52,739 bases of DNA from a virus (lineage: Duplodnaviria > Caudoviricetes): positions 1-52,739 of IMG/VR virus record IMGVR_UViG_3300049489_000263, one strand, 5' to 3'. The notes beneath the pieces are model-generated. The model saw only the letters and a list, made by a program, of their open reading frames with translations, was not told the DNA's origin and searched no databases. A program made the translations under genes and the position numbers. Below are positions 17,383 through 26,258 of the stretch, piece by piece. The first letter of the stretch is position 1, and each line of letters opens with the position of its first letter.

Positions 17383-19613
17383 TCGACCTCCCGATTCACA
17401 GTATCATGTACTGCGTCAACTACGTCTGGTGAACACGGACACATAATCTCGTCATGAACGTTCATAGGGATCACTTTCCACGTAGACACGCCTACAGGCT
17501 GGTGGTCCCACACAGCTACCTGTACCCGCTTAGTAGCTTGGGCACCGGTACTCTGTATCTCGTGGTTGGCCGCAGCCCGCATGTTGCCGGCTTGGATCCC
17601 AAACGATGCCCCAAACAAGGCTGAACGTGTTGCGCCACAGGCCGTCTGCTCACGGTCGCGCCGCACCACCTTAACCTTGATCTTAAGCCACTCTTTGGGC
17701 GGGTCCTCGGCTAGGTCAAACAGGATCTTGCAGATCCGGTTTTCCAGCGTGAAGTATCGTTTGAAGCCAAACAATGACTCGCAATAATCGGCTGGAGTGT
17801 GCCACTCCACCTTCGACCCTAGGCCATTGGGCTGGCGCATCGAACAGAACTTGTCGAACGTGCGCCGTCTGGCCTCACCCCATTGTTTGTACTTCGATAT
17901 CCAGCGTTGATAGGCTTCGTTGGCCGCAGCTTCGGTCACGCCAACGCGAGATACCAGTGTTGCAGCTTCGCCACCATACAGCATGGCGAACACACCGTTT
18001 TTGGACCGTGAGTACTTGTTCTTATCGCCTTCTAGCTTGCTTGTGGCTAGGATGTCCTCGTAAGTCATAGGTGCGAACAGACAGGTGCCAAACAATGCGT
18101 GGATCTTCTTGCCCAACAGCAGGTCCTGGCGCAGAGCCAAGTCCTGATACACAGCATCAGCGATTGTGACCTCGAAGCCATCGAAGTCACCACCGCCCAG
18201 CTGCATGCCTGGCCAGGCCAATGGGAAACACGATCGGACTTTCTTAGAATGGTTGATACCCTGTGGGTTCAAACCATCCGCGCCACTCATACGCCCTGAT
18301 AGCGCTCCAATGACCTTGAGCGACACGTGGAACCGGCCAGCTGCGAGGAGCTTATCGTACAGTTCGATCTCTTTGCTGGCCTTGCGATAGTCAATGATCG
18401 CCTGCGCACGCTCGGCAGCTGGGTGTAGTTCCTCGGACTTGACGAGCCCTTCCTCGCAAGAGGCACATCCGGCGCCAAGGCACTTGTCACAAACAGCCTC
18501 TACGCGCCACTTGGCTATGCTCTCTAAGATGATCTTGCCTGTGCTGAGGCGACCATTCTTGAGCATCACCACCCTCTCTGTAGGTGATAGTGCTGATTCA
18601 AGATATCGCATACAGACGTCTGGAGAGTTGAAGTTCCACTCCGTACTGGAAAGGTGCTTAACGGCTGTGTCCCGAAGCGCCGTTAGTTTCGGTACGTCAA
18701 TGGCTAGCCCTTTCCACCGCACCGACCCAACCATGCACGCCAGAATGGAGTCATCATCATTTGGCGGTGGAGAGCCGAAGTGCTCATAGAGCCGCCTGGT
18801 ATATACCACGTCATCAGCCGCGTACCGTCTTGCGACCTTATTGAATGACCAATGCGAGATATGAGTTCGGATGATATTGGGCCAAGTTCCTCGCCAGTCG
18901 CCACGTTTGCCCAAGGCCGTACAGAACGGCGCGTAGCCTAGTTCTTCCGGAGGCGGAGGAGGTTCAGTCTGCTTGAATATAAGTACATTCTCGGCCTCCA
19001 AGCCTAATGCATCTTGTGCGAGAGCCTTCAACGCAGACGACGGAGCGAACTCCAGCACCAGATTCTTGAGATCAGGATTCATATTACCTAGGTCGTCGTG
19101 GATATCTCGTACCACCCAACGACGCTTCGGATCGGACTTACGCGCGAAGTACACGTCCTTGAGTTCCAGGCGCTTATCCAGTTCGGCGGCGAGCATCCAA
19201 GCTAACGCTGTCGGCACTCTCTTGATGATGACGTCCTCGCGGTCCATCAGGGTCTGGTACGGACCCTTCTTCGCATGCAGCATAATATCGAAACAACCAG
19301 CTGGCTTGATACATGGACCATCACGGGCCTCGGCTTCACGTTCGGCTATGTCGTCGATATGGTCGGCAGGGATCCAGTCTGGGTCGTGAAGTAGGAACAT
19401 TGTGTATATCTTCTGCAACTGGAACCAGTCGAATGCTAGGTTGAACCCCACGACCGTTTTAGCGGTCAAACGCTCTATGAGTTCGAGCGTATCGCGGATA
19501 GGGTTCAACCATAGGTCGTAGAGTTCAACACCTGAGCCCTCGTCATACTGCAACAATACAGCTGGACCGGTCAGGCCGCAGGTTTCTGTATCGTGGAATA
19601 CGAGGTCACTCAT
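17310..19613 (-). CDS. polA: Family A DNA polymerase with 3'-5' exonuclease
   Basis: Exo I DTET, Exo II GFNLAFD, Exo III YAADD; SGRMS, motif A GDFDGFEV, motif B RSKNGVFAMLYG, NHEIQSTGA, motif C VHDE. Confidence 0.93.
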   Translation of the reverse strand: MSDLVFHDTETCGLTGPAVLLQYDEGSGVELYDLWLNPIRDTLELIERLTAKTVVGFNLAFDWFQLQKIYTMFLLHDPDWIPADHIDDIAEREAEARDGPCIKPAGCFDIMLHAKKGPYQTLMDREDVIIKRVPTALAWMLAAELDKRLELKDVYFARKSDPKRRWVVRDIHDDLGNMNPDLKNLVLEFAPSSALKALAQDALGLEAENVLIFKQTEPPPPPEELGYAPFCTALGKRGDWRGTWPNIIRTHISHWSFNKVARRYAADDVVYTRRLYEHFGSPPPNDDDSILACMVGSVRWKGLAIDVPKLTALRDTAVKHLSSTEWNFNSPDVCMRYLESALSPTERVVMLKNGRLSTGKIILESIAKWRVEAVCDKCLGAGCASCEEGLVKSEELHPAAERAQAIIDYRKASKEIELYDKLLAAGRFHVSLKVIGALSGRMSGADGLNPQGINHSKKVRSCFPLAWPGMQLGGGDFDGFEVTIADAVYQDLALRQDLLLGKKIHALFGTCLFAPMTYEDILATSKLEGDKNKYSRSKNGVFAMLYGGEAATLVSRVGVTEAAANEAYQRWISKYKQWGEARRRTFDKFCSMRQPNGLGSKVEWHTPADYCESLFGFKRYFTLENRICKILFDLAEDPPKEWLKIKVKVVRRDREQTACGATRSALFGASFGIQAGNMRAAANHEIQSTGAQATKRVQVAVWDHQPVGVSTWKVIPMNVHDEIMCPCSPDVVDAVHDTVNREVECLRKHIPLIKMEWMKKLGSWAEK

Positions 19614-19824
19614 CAGGTTCTATCTCCGCTAGCATATGTTCGATGATCTTATACTCTGGGTCTGTGAGATCCACCACGGAGCCGGCGTGTGTAATAGAGT
19701 GGATCGTCAGTTCACCACCTTCCTCTGGATCATGGAATGTAGCTGGATAGTGCTTTGTGTAGCTGTATTCAATGCGAAGCTCAAGGTCAATGCCAAAGGT
19801 TGTGACTGTGATATCGGATATCAT
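19606..19824 (-). CDS. Small acidic hypothetical protein
   Basis: Coupled ORF; PAT..DPEEG. Confidence 0.6.
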   Translation of the reverse strand: MISDITVTTFGIDLELRIEYSYTKHYPATFHDPEEGGELTIHSITHAGSVVDLTDPEYKIIEHMLAEIEPDE

Positions 19825-20192
19825 TACCGCTTAGCCGTGTGGGCGAGGATCAGGTTATAGTTCATCCGAGCTATGTCATCATTGAGGAAGTCCCACTTGT
19901 CTCCGTCAATAAAGACGGTGGACCCACGCCGCTCCACAGCCCGGATATGAGGTATCAGGTAGGCCCTCTCATGAGCATCATCGGTCATCATCACAATGCC
20001 GACACCTGGATTAAAGCTCGCCATTTGTAGACTCCTTAATACGTCCGCCGCAGTCACGGACTGCGAAGTCTTGGAGTTCTTCATCGGAGACGTTTCCTGC
20101 TGCCCAAGCAAGAGCCCGAGTAGCAAAACTAGGCCCAAAGCTATCGAGCAGCCGACCCACCATGTCGCTGATTTCATTCCTTGATCTTGCAC
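19824..20192 (-). CDS. Hypothetical protein (true start probably near 20024)
   Basis: Fills gap between ParB and next gene. Confidence 0.4.
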   Translation of the reverse strand: MQDQGMKSATWWVGCSIALGLVLLLGLLLGQQETSPMKNSKTSQSVTAADVLRSLQMASFNPGVGIVMMTDDAHERAYLIPHIRAVERRGSTVFIDGDKWDFLNDDIARMNYNLILAHTAKR

Positions 20193-20811
20193 GCTTGGAT
20201 TCCCTCGGTTTGGCTAGGACTTGTGCATTGGCCTTGTCGGCACTGACACCCTTGTCTTTGGCATCCTTGAACTTCCTGACCGCTGCGTAAAGCGCGTCAG
20301 TGTTACCGGTACCAAGTATCGTGTAGAGTGCCCGGATGTTGGTCTGCTTGATGTAGCCCGCCTTGACCTCGACCCTTATGTCCTCGGGCAACGCCAGGTA
20401 CATGCCACGGATCTGGACCCAACCAGGTGACTTGCCAACACGTTCGGCAATGACCTCACGCTTGACGCCAAGCTGGATCAAGGACTCGATAGCCTTGGCC
20501 TCCTGGTCCAGGTCCAGGTCCGAGCGATTCATGTTCTCGGACAGATTGATGAACCGTGCCTCGACCTCGGTCAGAGGCTCCAGACGAACGATACACAGAA
20601 TCTCAGTCTTGCCAAGGATCTTGTGGGCCAACGTGCGGCGGAAGCCCGCTATGAGGCGATATTTCTCACCATCGGGGCACACGGTCACGGGCTGGACGAG
20701 TCCGTTCTTGCTGATGTCGCGGGCCAGTTCCTCAACATCGAGGGCCTGGATGTGTCCACGGCAGTTGTACGCCTTATCGTCGATAAGGTCTAATGGAATG
20801 GTCTTAAGCAT
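20011..20811 (-). CDS. ParB/Spo0J-family DNA-binding protein
   Basis: LARDISKNGLVQPVTV, LIAGFRR, NLSENMNRSDL, HTH REVIAERVGKSPGWVQ. Confidence 0.93.
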   Translation of the reverse strand: MLKTIPLDLIDDKAYNCRGHIQALDVEELARDISKNGLVQPVTVCPDGEKYRLIAGFRRTLAHKILGKTEILCIVRLEPLTEVEARFINLSENMNRSDLDLDQEAKAIESLIQLGVKREVIAERVGKSPGWVQIRGMYLALPEDIRVEVKAGYIKQTNIRALYTILGTGNTDALYAAVRKFKDAKDKGVSADKANAQVLAKPRESKRARSRNEISDMVGRLLDSFGPSFATRALAWAAGNVSDEELQDFAVRDCGGRIKESTNGEL

Positions 20812-20823
20812 GTCGCGATCCTT

Positions 20824-21024
20824 TCAAGCGTGGTCGCTCGTGTCCTTTGATATGTGTATGATTCTTGGATATTGGATATCATGATGCTCGGAGTTGCCAC
20901 ACAGTAGGCATCCGTATTCGTGGCCCTGGCGTTCAACGCCGTCTAGGTGGGCAATCTCCATCATTGGGTGCCCACAACAGTAGATATCTTCCCTATAAGG
21001 TATGACCTCAACTTTGGTTATCAT
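20824..21024 (-). CDS. Small zinc-ribbon protein
   Basis: CCGHPM...CLLCG. Confidence 0.55.
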   Translation of the reverse strand: MITKVEVIPYREDIYCCGHPMMEIAHLDGVERQGHEYGCLLCGNSEHHDIQYPRIIHISKDTSDHA

Positions 21025-21296
21025 TGCTGTTCGAACCTTCCGGTGCGGCCACAGCCGCCCAAGTTACCGATAGTAGGCGTCTGGACCAGTCCAGCGCCCT
21101 CCTGGTCAGCGCCCATTGGGGTGAGTGATTCCGCTCGGGCTTTGAGTTCGTCGACACCATATCCTAAGATGGGCCGCGACCATTCACTCAGTAGCACGTA
21201 GCGACCGGGCAGCCGGTGCTTACGGACGGTGTGGACGTGAACGTTGTTGACGTAGCCCCACAGGCTTTGATACTCGGAATCACGCCACTGAATCAT
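21021..21296 (-). CDS. Hypothetical protein
   Basis: Coupled ORF. Confidence 0.45.
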   Translation of the reverse strand: MIQWRDSEYQSLWGYVNNVHVHTVRKHRLPGRYVLLSEWSRPILGYGVDELKARAESLTPMGADQEGAGLVQTPTIGNLGGCGRTGRFEQQ

Positions 21297-23220
21297 GAGT
21301 CATGGCCTCTCTAACCTCACCCATGGTAAGGTCTTGTAGCTTGCGCTTCTTCTTGAGGTTGTCGTACACCAACTGATCGCACGGCAGGCAGAACAGGTCG
21401 ATGATCCTACAATTACGAGTCTGGCCAGGTCGATGATTACGGTCATCTGCCTGCATCCTAGCCTCACCATTGAACACGTTGCTATAGTAGACCATGGTTG
21501 GACTGGCCGTCAGGGTGAGGGCCATACCGCCAGCCATAGGATTACCTATGACACATAGCAGGTCGTACTTTTCGCGCAACTCTTTGAACCGCGGATGCGA
21601 CTGGTCCATGGCAATCAGCAGTTCGTTGCTGTCAATCTGGTCACCATCCGGCGTGTAGCCTCTGTATCCACGTCCGTCGATGCAAAGAACGTGCCAGCCC
21701 AGCTTGCGCATGAACTCCGTCAAACGGTCAACGGTGCCCATGAATCCGCCCCAGATGATGAGTCGTCCGATCTCCTCATGCTGATCCGCGATATCAGACA
21801 GCACGTCATCCTTGGGTGAGCTTACGAAGTGCGTCGTTCTGGATATAACATCCACAACGCCGAGTCCATGACACTGTGGGCATTCGATCACGTCGTCGTG
21901 GACCGGCCCAGGCTCCAACATCGGGGCCATCTGGTCCACAGGCTGATCCGGTACCGGCGCAACGATCTTACCGTTGCCACCGCACTTGGGACATACGTCC
22001 GTAGAGAGGGCCTCTTCGGCATATTGGAAGCCATCGCTAAGCTCACGCATCATCGTGAGAGCTTGGATAGCTCGTGGAGCAGTATTGGCAATGATCTTCG
22101 CAGCACGCAACATTTCGACCGTAGGCTTGATACGGATGATCTCGTAGGTCTTCTCTGGCAGATCCAGGCAATCCTTCTTGAACATCACGATCGTCAAGCC
22201 GGCCATACGGTCATAGACCTTGGCAACCTCGTTCACTGAGGGCTTGAAGGCGTGACTCTTGCCGGGTTCCCCAACCAACGCCTGATACGTAGGATCAGAC
22301 GTGGAATGGTTCTCATGGTGGGCAAGTTGGCCGCAGATGTCGCACTTGTTTGGATCGTCCTTCCAAGTCACGATGTGCGGATATACTCCACCAGTGAAAG
22401 ACTCCCGTTCTTCGATGACGCAGAGGCGCTTCTTGAACTTGTGTATATCGCCTTCGACGAACCATCCTGGGCAGGCTACTTCTGTTTGGTTGTACCAGTC
22501 GCAGGGAGTTTTCGGCGCGGGTGTTCCTGATAGCAGGACGACATAGCCCTCTCGACCGTAGGTCTTGCGGATTTCATGGGCAACTGCCATCGCTGCCTGC
22601 GAGCGTTGCGATTCTGGCGTCTTGATTTTACTGCTCTCGTCAAGGATCAGTACCCGCGGGACTTTGTTTGTGGGATGCCAATCTTTGATATCCCGTACCA
22701 GTCGCTCATAGGTGAACATCCTTGGGCGTACCTTGCTGCCCCACTTGAGTAGCTCCAAGGACACGGCCTTGACGCCGGACACTGGTCCAACGTACCAGTA
22801 GAGTTCATGGTCTGGATACTCTTTCCAGACGTATTCCATAAGCTCAATCGCAGCCAGCGTCTTACCCGTGCCCATTTCCGCCGCCCAGATGCCATAATGC
22901 CTGGTAAGGGCATGACGAACGAGCGTGGCCTGATGCTTATAGAGGCTACGATTGGGTGTATAGTCCACTAGCGGAGCATCGTAGAGCTTGTATGGGTTCA
23001 GTCCTTCGAGGAAGGCAAGTTGGAAGATGTTGCGCAGACAATTCTGGACACTCCAGACTTTGCGTGGATTCTCTTTGTCGTAGCCGTGCCACTTGGCACC
23101 GCGCATCTGTTTGATCATTGCGATCAGAGGCTTTGAGAATGGCGTCTGGATGTAGATGCGATCTTCATGATACTCAAGATCACACTTGTACTTGAAGCCT
23201 CCGCACTGCAAATAGGTCAT
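21280..23220 (-). CDS. SNF2-family (SF2) DNA helicase
   Basis: EMGTGKT, ILDES, LSGTP, GGMALTLT, QADDRNHRPGQ. Confidence 0.92.
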   Translation of the reverse strand: MTYLQCGGFKYKCDLEYHEDRIYIQTPFSKPLIAMIKQMRGAKWHGYDKENPRKVWSVQNCLRNIFQLAFLEGLNPYKLYDAPLVDYTPNRSLYKHQATLVRHALTRHYGIWAAEMGTGKTLAAIELMEYVWKEYPDHELYWYVGPVSGVKAVSLELLKWGSKVRPRMFTYERLVRDIKDWHPTNKVPRVLILDESSKIKTPESQRSQAAMAVAHEIRKTYGREGYVVLLSGTPAPKTPCDWYNQTEVACPGWFVEGDIHKFKKRLCVIEERESFTGGVYPHIVTWKDDPNKCDICGQLAHHENHSTSDPTYQALVGEPGKSHAFKPSVNEVAKVYDRMAGLTIVMFKKDCLDLPEKTYEIIRIKPTVEMLRAAKIIANTAPRAIQALTMMRELSDGFQYAEEALSTDVCPKCGGNGKIVAPVPDQPVDQMAPMLEPGPVHDDVIECPQCHGLGVVDVISRTTHFVSSPKDDVLSDIADQHEEIGRLIIWGGFMGTVDRLTEFMRKLGWHVLCIDGRGYRGYTPDGDQIDSNELLIAMDQSHPRFKELREKYDLLCVIGNPMAGGMALTLTASPTMVYYSNVFNGEARMQADDRNHRPGQTRNCRIIDLFCLPCDQLVYDNLKKKRKLQDLTMGEVREAMTHDSVA

Positions 23221-23669
23221 CGGGGCTCCAGTAGGAACGTGCGGTCAGGTAGCTCGGTACGTCGATAATCAGCAAACAATCGCTGATCCAGCAGGCCATA
23301 GAGTCTGTTGCAGAAAGCGCGCAAACGCTTATCCTCCTTCGTAGAACCTGATATGGTTAATGCCATCATGTCGGTCAGGCTCCCCGACGCGATGAGCCAC
23401 TTTTCGTACCTGTAGATGCGCAGGTTCGACTTTGTGGCTAAGATATCAAGTATCACAGGGTCATCGTCCAACAGCAAGCCCATATAAAAACAATCAGTCA
23501 GCCTACTTCTGTAGGCTGACTCCATACCTCGTAAGGCCAAGAAAGCGAATGGATCATTGGTTGAGACTCCGATATGGTCAAGTGTCTTGACCGGATTCTC
23601 GATATCATAGGCGGCTGCTTCTGTTTCTAGCAGCCGCCAATTTATTAACGACAAGTGCAGTATATTCAT
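23217..23669 (-). CDS. Hypothetical protein
   Basis: ATGA overlap with helicase; ATG abuts tRNA-like RNA B. Confidence 0.6.
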   Translation of the reverse strand: MNILHLSLINWRLLETEAAAYDIENPVKTLDHIGVSTNDPFAFLALRGMESAYRSRLTDCFYMGLLLDDDPVILDILATKSNLRIYRYEKWLIASGSLTDMMALTISGSTKEDKRLRAFCNRLYGLLDQRLFADYRRTELPDRTFLLEPR

Positions 23670-23783
23670 AAGGCCGACTGGGATTCTAACCCAGATTCCA
23701 CGGTGTGGCCATGGTCCTCCCCACGAAGTGTCTCAGCCCGAATGGGCGTCGTCAGATTTCAACCTGATTGGATGATCGGCCTT
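23670..23783 (-). ncRNA. tRNA-like multi-hairpin RNA B (114 nt)
   Basis: 8-bp terminal stem AAGGCCGA/TCGGCCTT, T-arm-like CTGGG-TTAGAAT-CCCAG, internal hairpins TCAGG/TCTGA, GCCC/GGGC, CCATGG/CCGTGG. Confidence 0.6.
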
Positions 23784-23859
23784 TGGTGGGCGGCGGAGGA
23801 GTCGAACCTCCAGGCTGCTTGGATGCCAATGGACATCAAGCATGCTAACCGTTCCGCCC
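23784..23859 (-). ncRNA. D-arm-less tRNA-like RNA A (76 nt) ending in ACCA
   Basis: GGGCGG/CCGCCC-ACCA acceptor, perfect T arm GGAGG-TTCGACT-CCTCC, one long stem TGCTTGATGTC-CATT-GGCATCCAAGCA, no D stem or standard anticodon loop. Confidence 0.72.
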
Positions 23860-23998
23860 ACAAGCGGCTGATATTGTGTATCAGCCGATGTAGCCCACGT
23901 AGGTGGCTAGCCTTCCAACCGACGGTTTCCCGCCTGTACGTTTCAACTAAGACCAGCCTGTTTCTGCTTACGATGTAGAGGCCAGGCTGGTTCTGTTG

Positions 23999-24649
23999 TC
24001 AGTGAGTCCGACCAGTGTCCTTGGCGTCAGCAGCCTGAACGTCGCTCTCGGGCGGGTTCTGGAACTTCTGCACTTCCTCAACCAGCTTACCCTGTTCGGG
24101 CAGCGGATTGGGCGTCACAGACGACGGGCTGGCCAGGATACCGAACCAAGTGTTCTTGCTGTTCTGGCACTTCTTGGCCTTGAGCGACACGACCTTGCCG
24201 AGGTTCGTCTGGATGTTGCCAGACTCACGACGGTTGGTCTTGCTGCCGCAATACAGTGTGGCGAACGACTTGGCCGAGGCAACCCACACCAGATACTCGG
24301 GACCATACATGCAGCCCGAGTTGACTACGGCGCTATCCTCGACGATCTTCTTGAACGCGGCAGACTGGACATCATGGCTGGTGACGATGTTGTCGTCACC
24401 GATCCGCATGGCCTTGGGCCGCCAGGCACAGACGAGCACATCAACTTCAGCGCCCAGGTCCTGATGCGAAGAATCACGGATCAGAGCGTAGTGGTTGATC
24501 GGGAACTTGCCTTCCTTGCAGACCTCAGATTGCGAGGTCATCAGTTGCAGGCGAGGCAGGAACGCATTGTTGCACGCAGCAGCGGCGAAGTCGTCGGCGC
24601 TGTACTTCTGCGGCAGGGCTTCAGTCAGGGTGGTGAGTTCGTTGGGCAT
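23999..24649 (-). CDS. Putative single-stranded DNA-binding protein
   Basis: FLPRLQL N-terminal strand, beta-rich body, position in replication module, strong codon bias. Confidence 0.55.
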   Translation of the reverse strand: MPNELTTLTEALPQKYSADDFAAAACNNAFLPRLQLMTSQSEVCKEGKFPINHYALIRDSSHQDLGAEVDVLVCAWRPKAMRIGDDNIVTSHDVQSAAFKKIVEDSAVVNSGCMYGPEYLVWVASAKSFATLYCGSKTNRRESGNIQTNLGKVVSLKAKKCQNSKNTWFGILASPSSVTPNPLPEQGKLVEEVQKFQNPPESDVQAADAKDTGRTH

Positions 24650-24809
24650 GTGGTTCCTTGTTGTAGAGGTATCGTACTAGGCGAGGACTTTGACTTGTCC
24701 TCTTTCCCCTGGTATGCGGATGCCTACCAGGGGCGAGTGATTATGATGTTATCACAGCTTATGCCGTTATGGCATTGGTGTCCCTAGTCGATACGAGTGA
24801 TATCCGATA

Positions 24810-25793
24810 TCAGCCGACCAGCTGGGCCTTGACCTTGGCGGCGGCCTCGGCAGCCTCCTTGGCCTTGGCATCGAGCTTCTCGGCATTCTTGGCGGCCTTC
24901 TCGACTTCGCGGCGCTTCTTGGCCGCGTCGGCGTCAGCCTTGCGCTGCTCGTCGCGGGCCTTCTGGGCCTCGACCGAAGCCTTGTCCAGATTCAGGACCC
25001 AGTTCAGCACGCACTTGGCCGCATCAGCAGCCGAGGTCGCGCCGTTGTAGTCCAGCAGCTTCTGGATACTGGAACCATCCTCGCGCAGGGCCTTGATATC
25101 GCCGAGCTTCTGGAGGTGAGCCACCGGAGTGAACTCCGAGGGCGCAGCCTCGCCGCCCTTGGCGCGGGCCTCGCGGATCTCCTTGATACGCTGGCCGATG
25201 GCCTCGACGAAGGTGGCCGAAGGCTCGGTCATGGCGCGAGCCACGAACTCACCCTGCTCGGCCTCAGGCAGCTTGGCCAGGGCGACAGCGTTGCACAGCA
25301 CGATCTTGCCCTCGTTGATGAGGGCCGCGATCTCGGGGTTCGAGATACGCGCGATCTGGAGGCGATCCTGGAGCCACTGAGTCGCGTGGCCCAGACGGGT
25401 GGCCAGGTCGGTCAGGGTCATGGTCGGCTTCATCTGGACGATGCGGCGCAGCTGGGCGGCGTACTCGTGCGGCTTGGTCTCCACGCGATGCACGTTCATC
25501 ATGATCTGGGCTTCCATGGCCGTGGCCTGGTCCAGATCCTTGATATCAACCGGGATCTCGGTCAGCCCGGCGTCCTTGGCCGCATTGTAGCGATGCAGAC
25601 CATCGAGGATCTCGAAGAAAACCTCGCCGGTCTTCTCGTCCTTGGCCTCGCGGACAGTGATGCAGCCCTGAAAGCCGATGTTCTTCATCGACTGGACGAT
25701 ACCGGCGTACTCGGGAGCCTCACGGTTGAGGGCACGCAGGGCGACCGGATTCTCACGAATCTGAGTCAGCGGGACGGTACGAATGTTGCTCAT
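24810..25793 (-). CDS. ParB-family protein with Lys/Ala-rich C-terminal tail
   Basis: ILDGLHRY, MNVHR, HTH TLTDLATRLGHATQWLQDRL; very strong codon bias. Confidence 0.9.
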   Translation of the reverse strand: MSNIRTVPLTQIRENPVALRALNREAPEYAGIVQSMKNIGFQGCITVREAKDEKTGEVFFEILDGLHRYNAAKDAGLTEIPVDIKDLDQATAMEAQIMMNVHRVETKPHEYAAQLRRIVQMKPTMTLTDLATRLGHATQWLQDRLQIARISNPEIAALINEGKIVLCNAVALAKLPEAEQGEFVARAMTEPSATFVEAIGQRIKEIREARAKGGEAAPSEFTPVAHLQKLGDIKALREDGSSIQKLLDYNGATSAADAAKCVLNWVLNLDKASVEAQKARDEQRKADADAAKKRREVEKAAKNAEKLDAKAKEAAEAAAKVKAQLVG

Positions 25794-25869
25794 GGTTCTC
25801 CTTGCAAGGGTTAAAGATACTCGTACCACCGTGGTACAGGTATCAAACGTATAACGGTGAGCAGACCGT

Positions 25870-25901
25870 TGATACGTATCGGAAAGACGGATAAGTTAAC
25901 G
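25870..25901 (-). promoter_or_regulatory. Conserved phage promoter copy B
   Basis: CGTTAACTTAT-CCGT-CTTTC-CGATACGTATCA on - strand, upstream of the ParB/replication operon. Confidence 0.75.
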
Positions 25902-26258
25902 AGTGTTATCTAATCCCCTTCCGATGGTGGCTCCCCTATACGGGCTGGGGTGGCTTATCTTTAACGCCACCGGCCGGGACAGTATGTAAGGCAGTAAGGG
26001 CCGGGCTGGACGGATTGGATGGATTGCGGAGCATTCTGGACGATTAACCCGAGTCCCGTACGGGAGTTGGACCGATTGACTAATTATCAGCCCATATTGC
26101 CACCAGTGGCCACAATTCTGGAGCATTGTGCCATTCTCTTTACGTCCAGTAGATCATCAATCCATCCAAGTAGTTATAGGATAAGGATATACAATTCTGG
26201 AAGATTTGGACGTTTCAACCGTATAGGTCAGATGGCGGAAGGCTATATGTTAGCACCT

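Noticed and set aside
23217-23669. ThyX thymidylate synthase
   Set aside because: Only a vague resemblance near the C-terminus; the RHR...S.R signature is absent.
23715-23757. Hammerhead ribozyme within RNA B (CTGACGA-stem-GAGA-stem)
   Set aside because: GAGA instead of GAAA, no UH cleavage site after stem III, and CTGA appears paired in a hairpin.
23784-23859. Bona fide tmRNA or standard tRNA-Met
   Set aside because: No tag reading frame or pseudoknots, no G3-U70, no D stem and no 7-nt anticodon loop; kept only as a tRNA-like RNA.
23996-25814. Long + strand ORFs (23996-24787, 25116-25814), and similarly 730-1551 (-)
   Set aside because: Antisense shadows of strongly codon-biased genes; no motifs or RBS.
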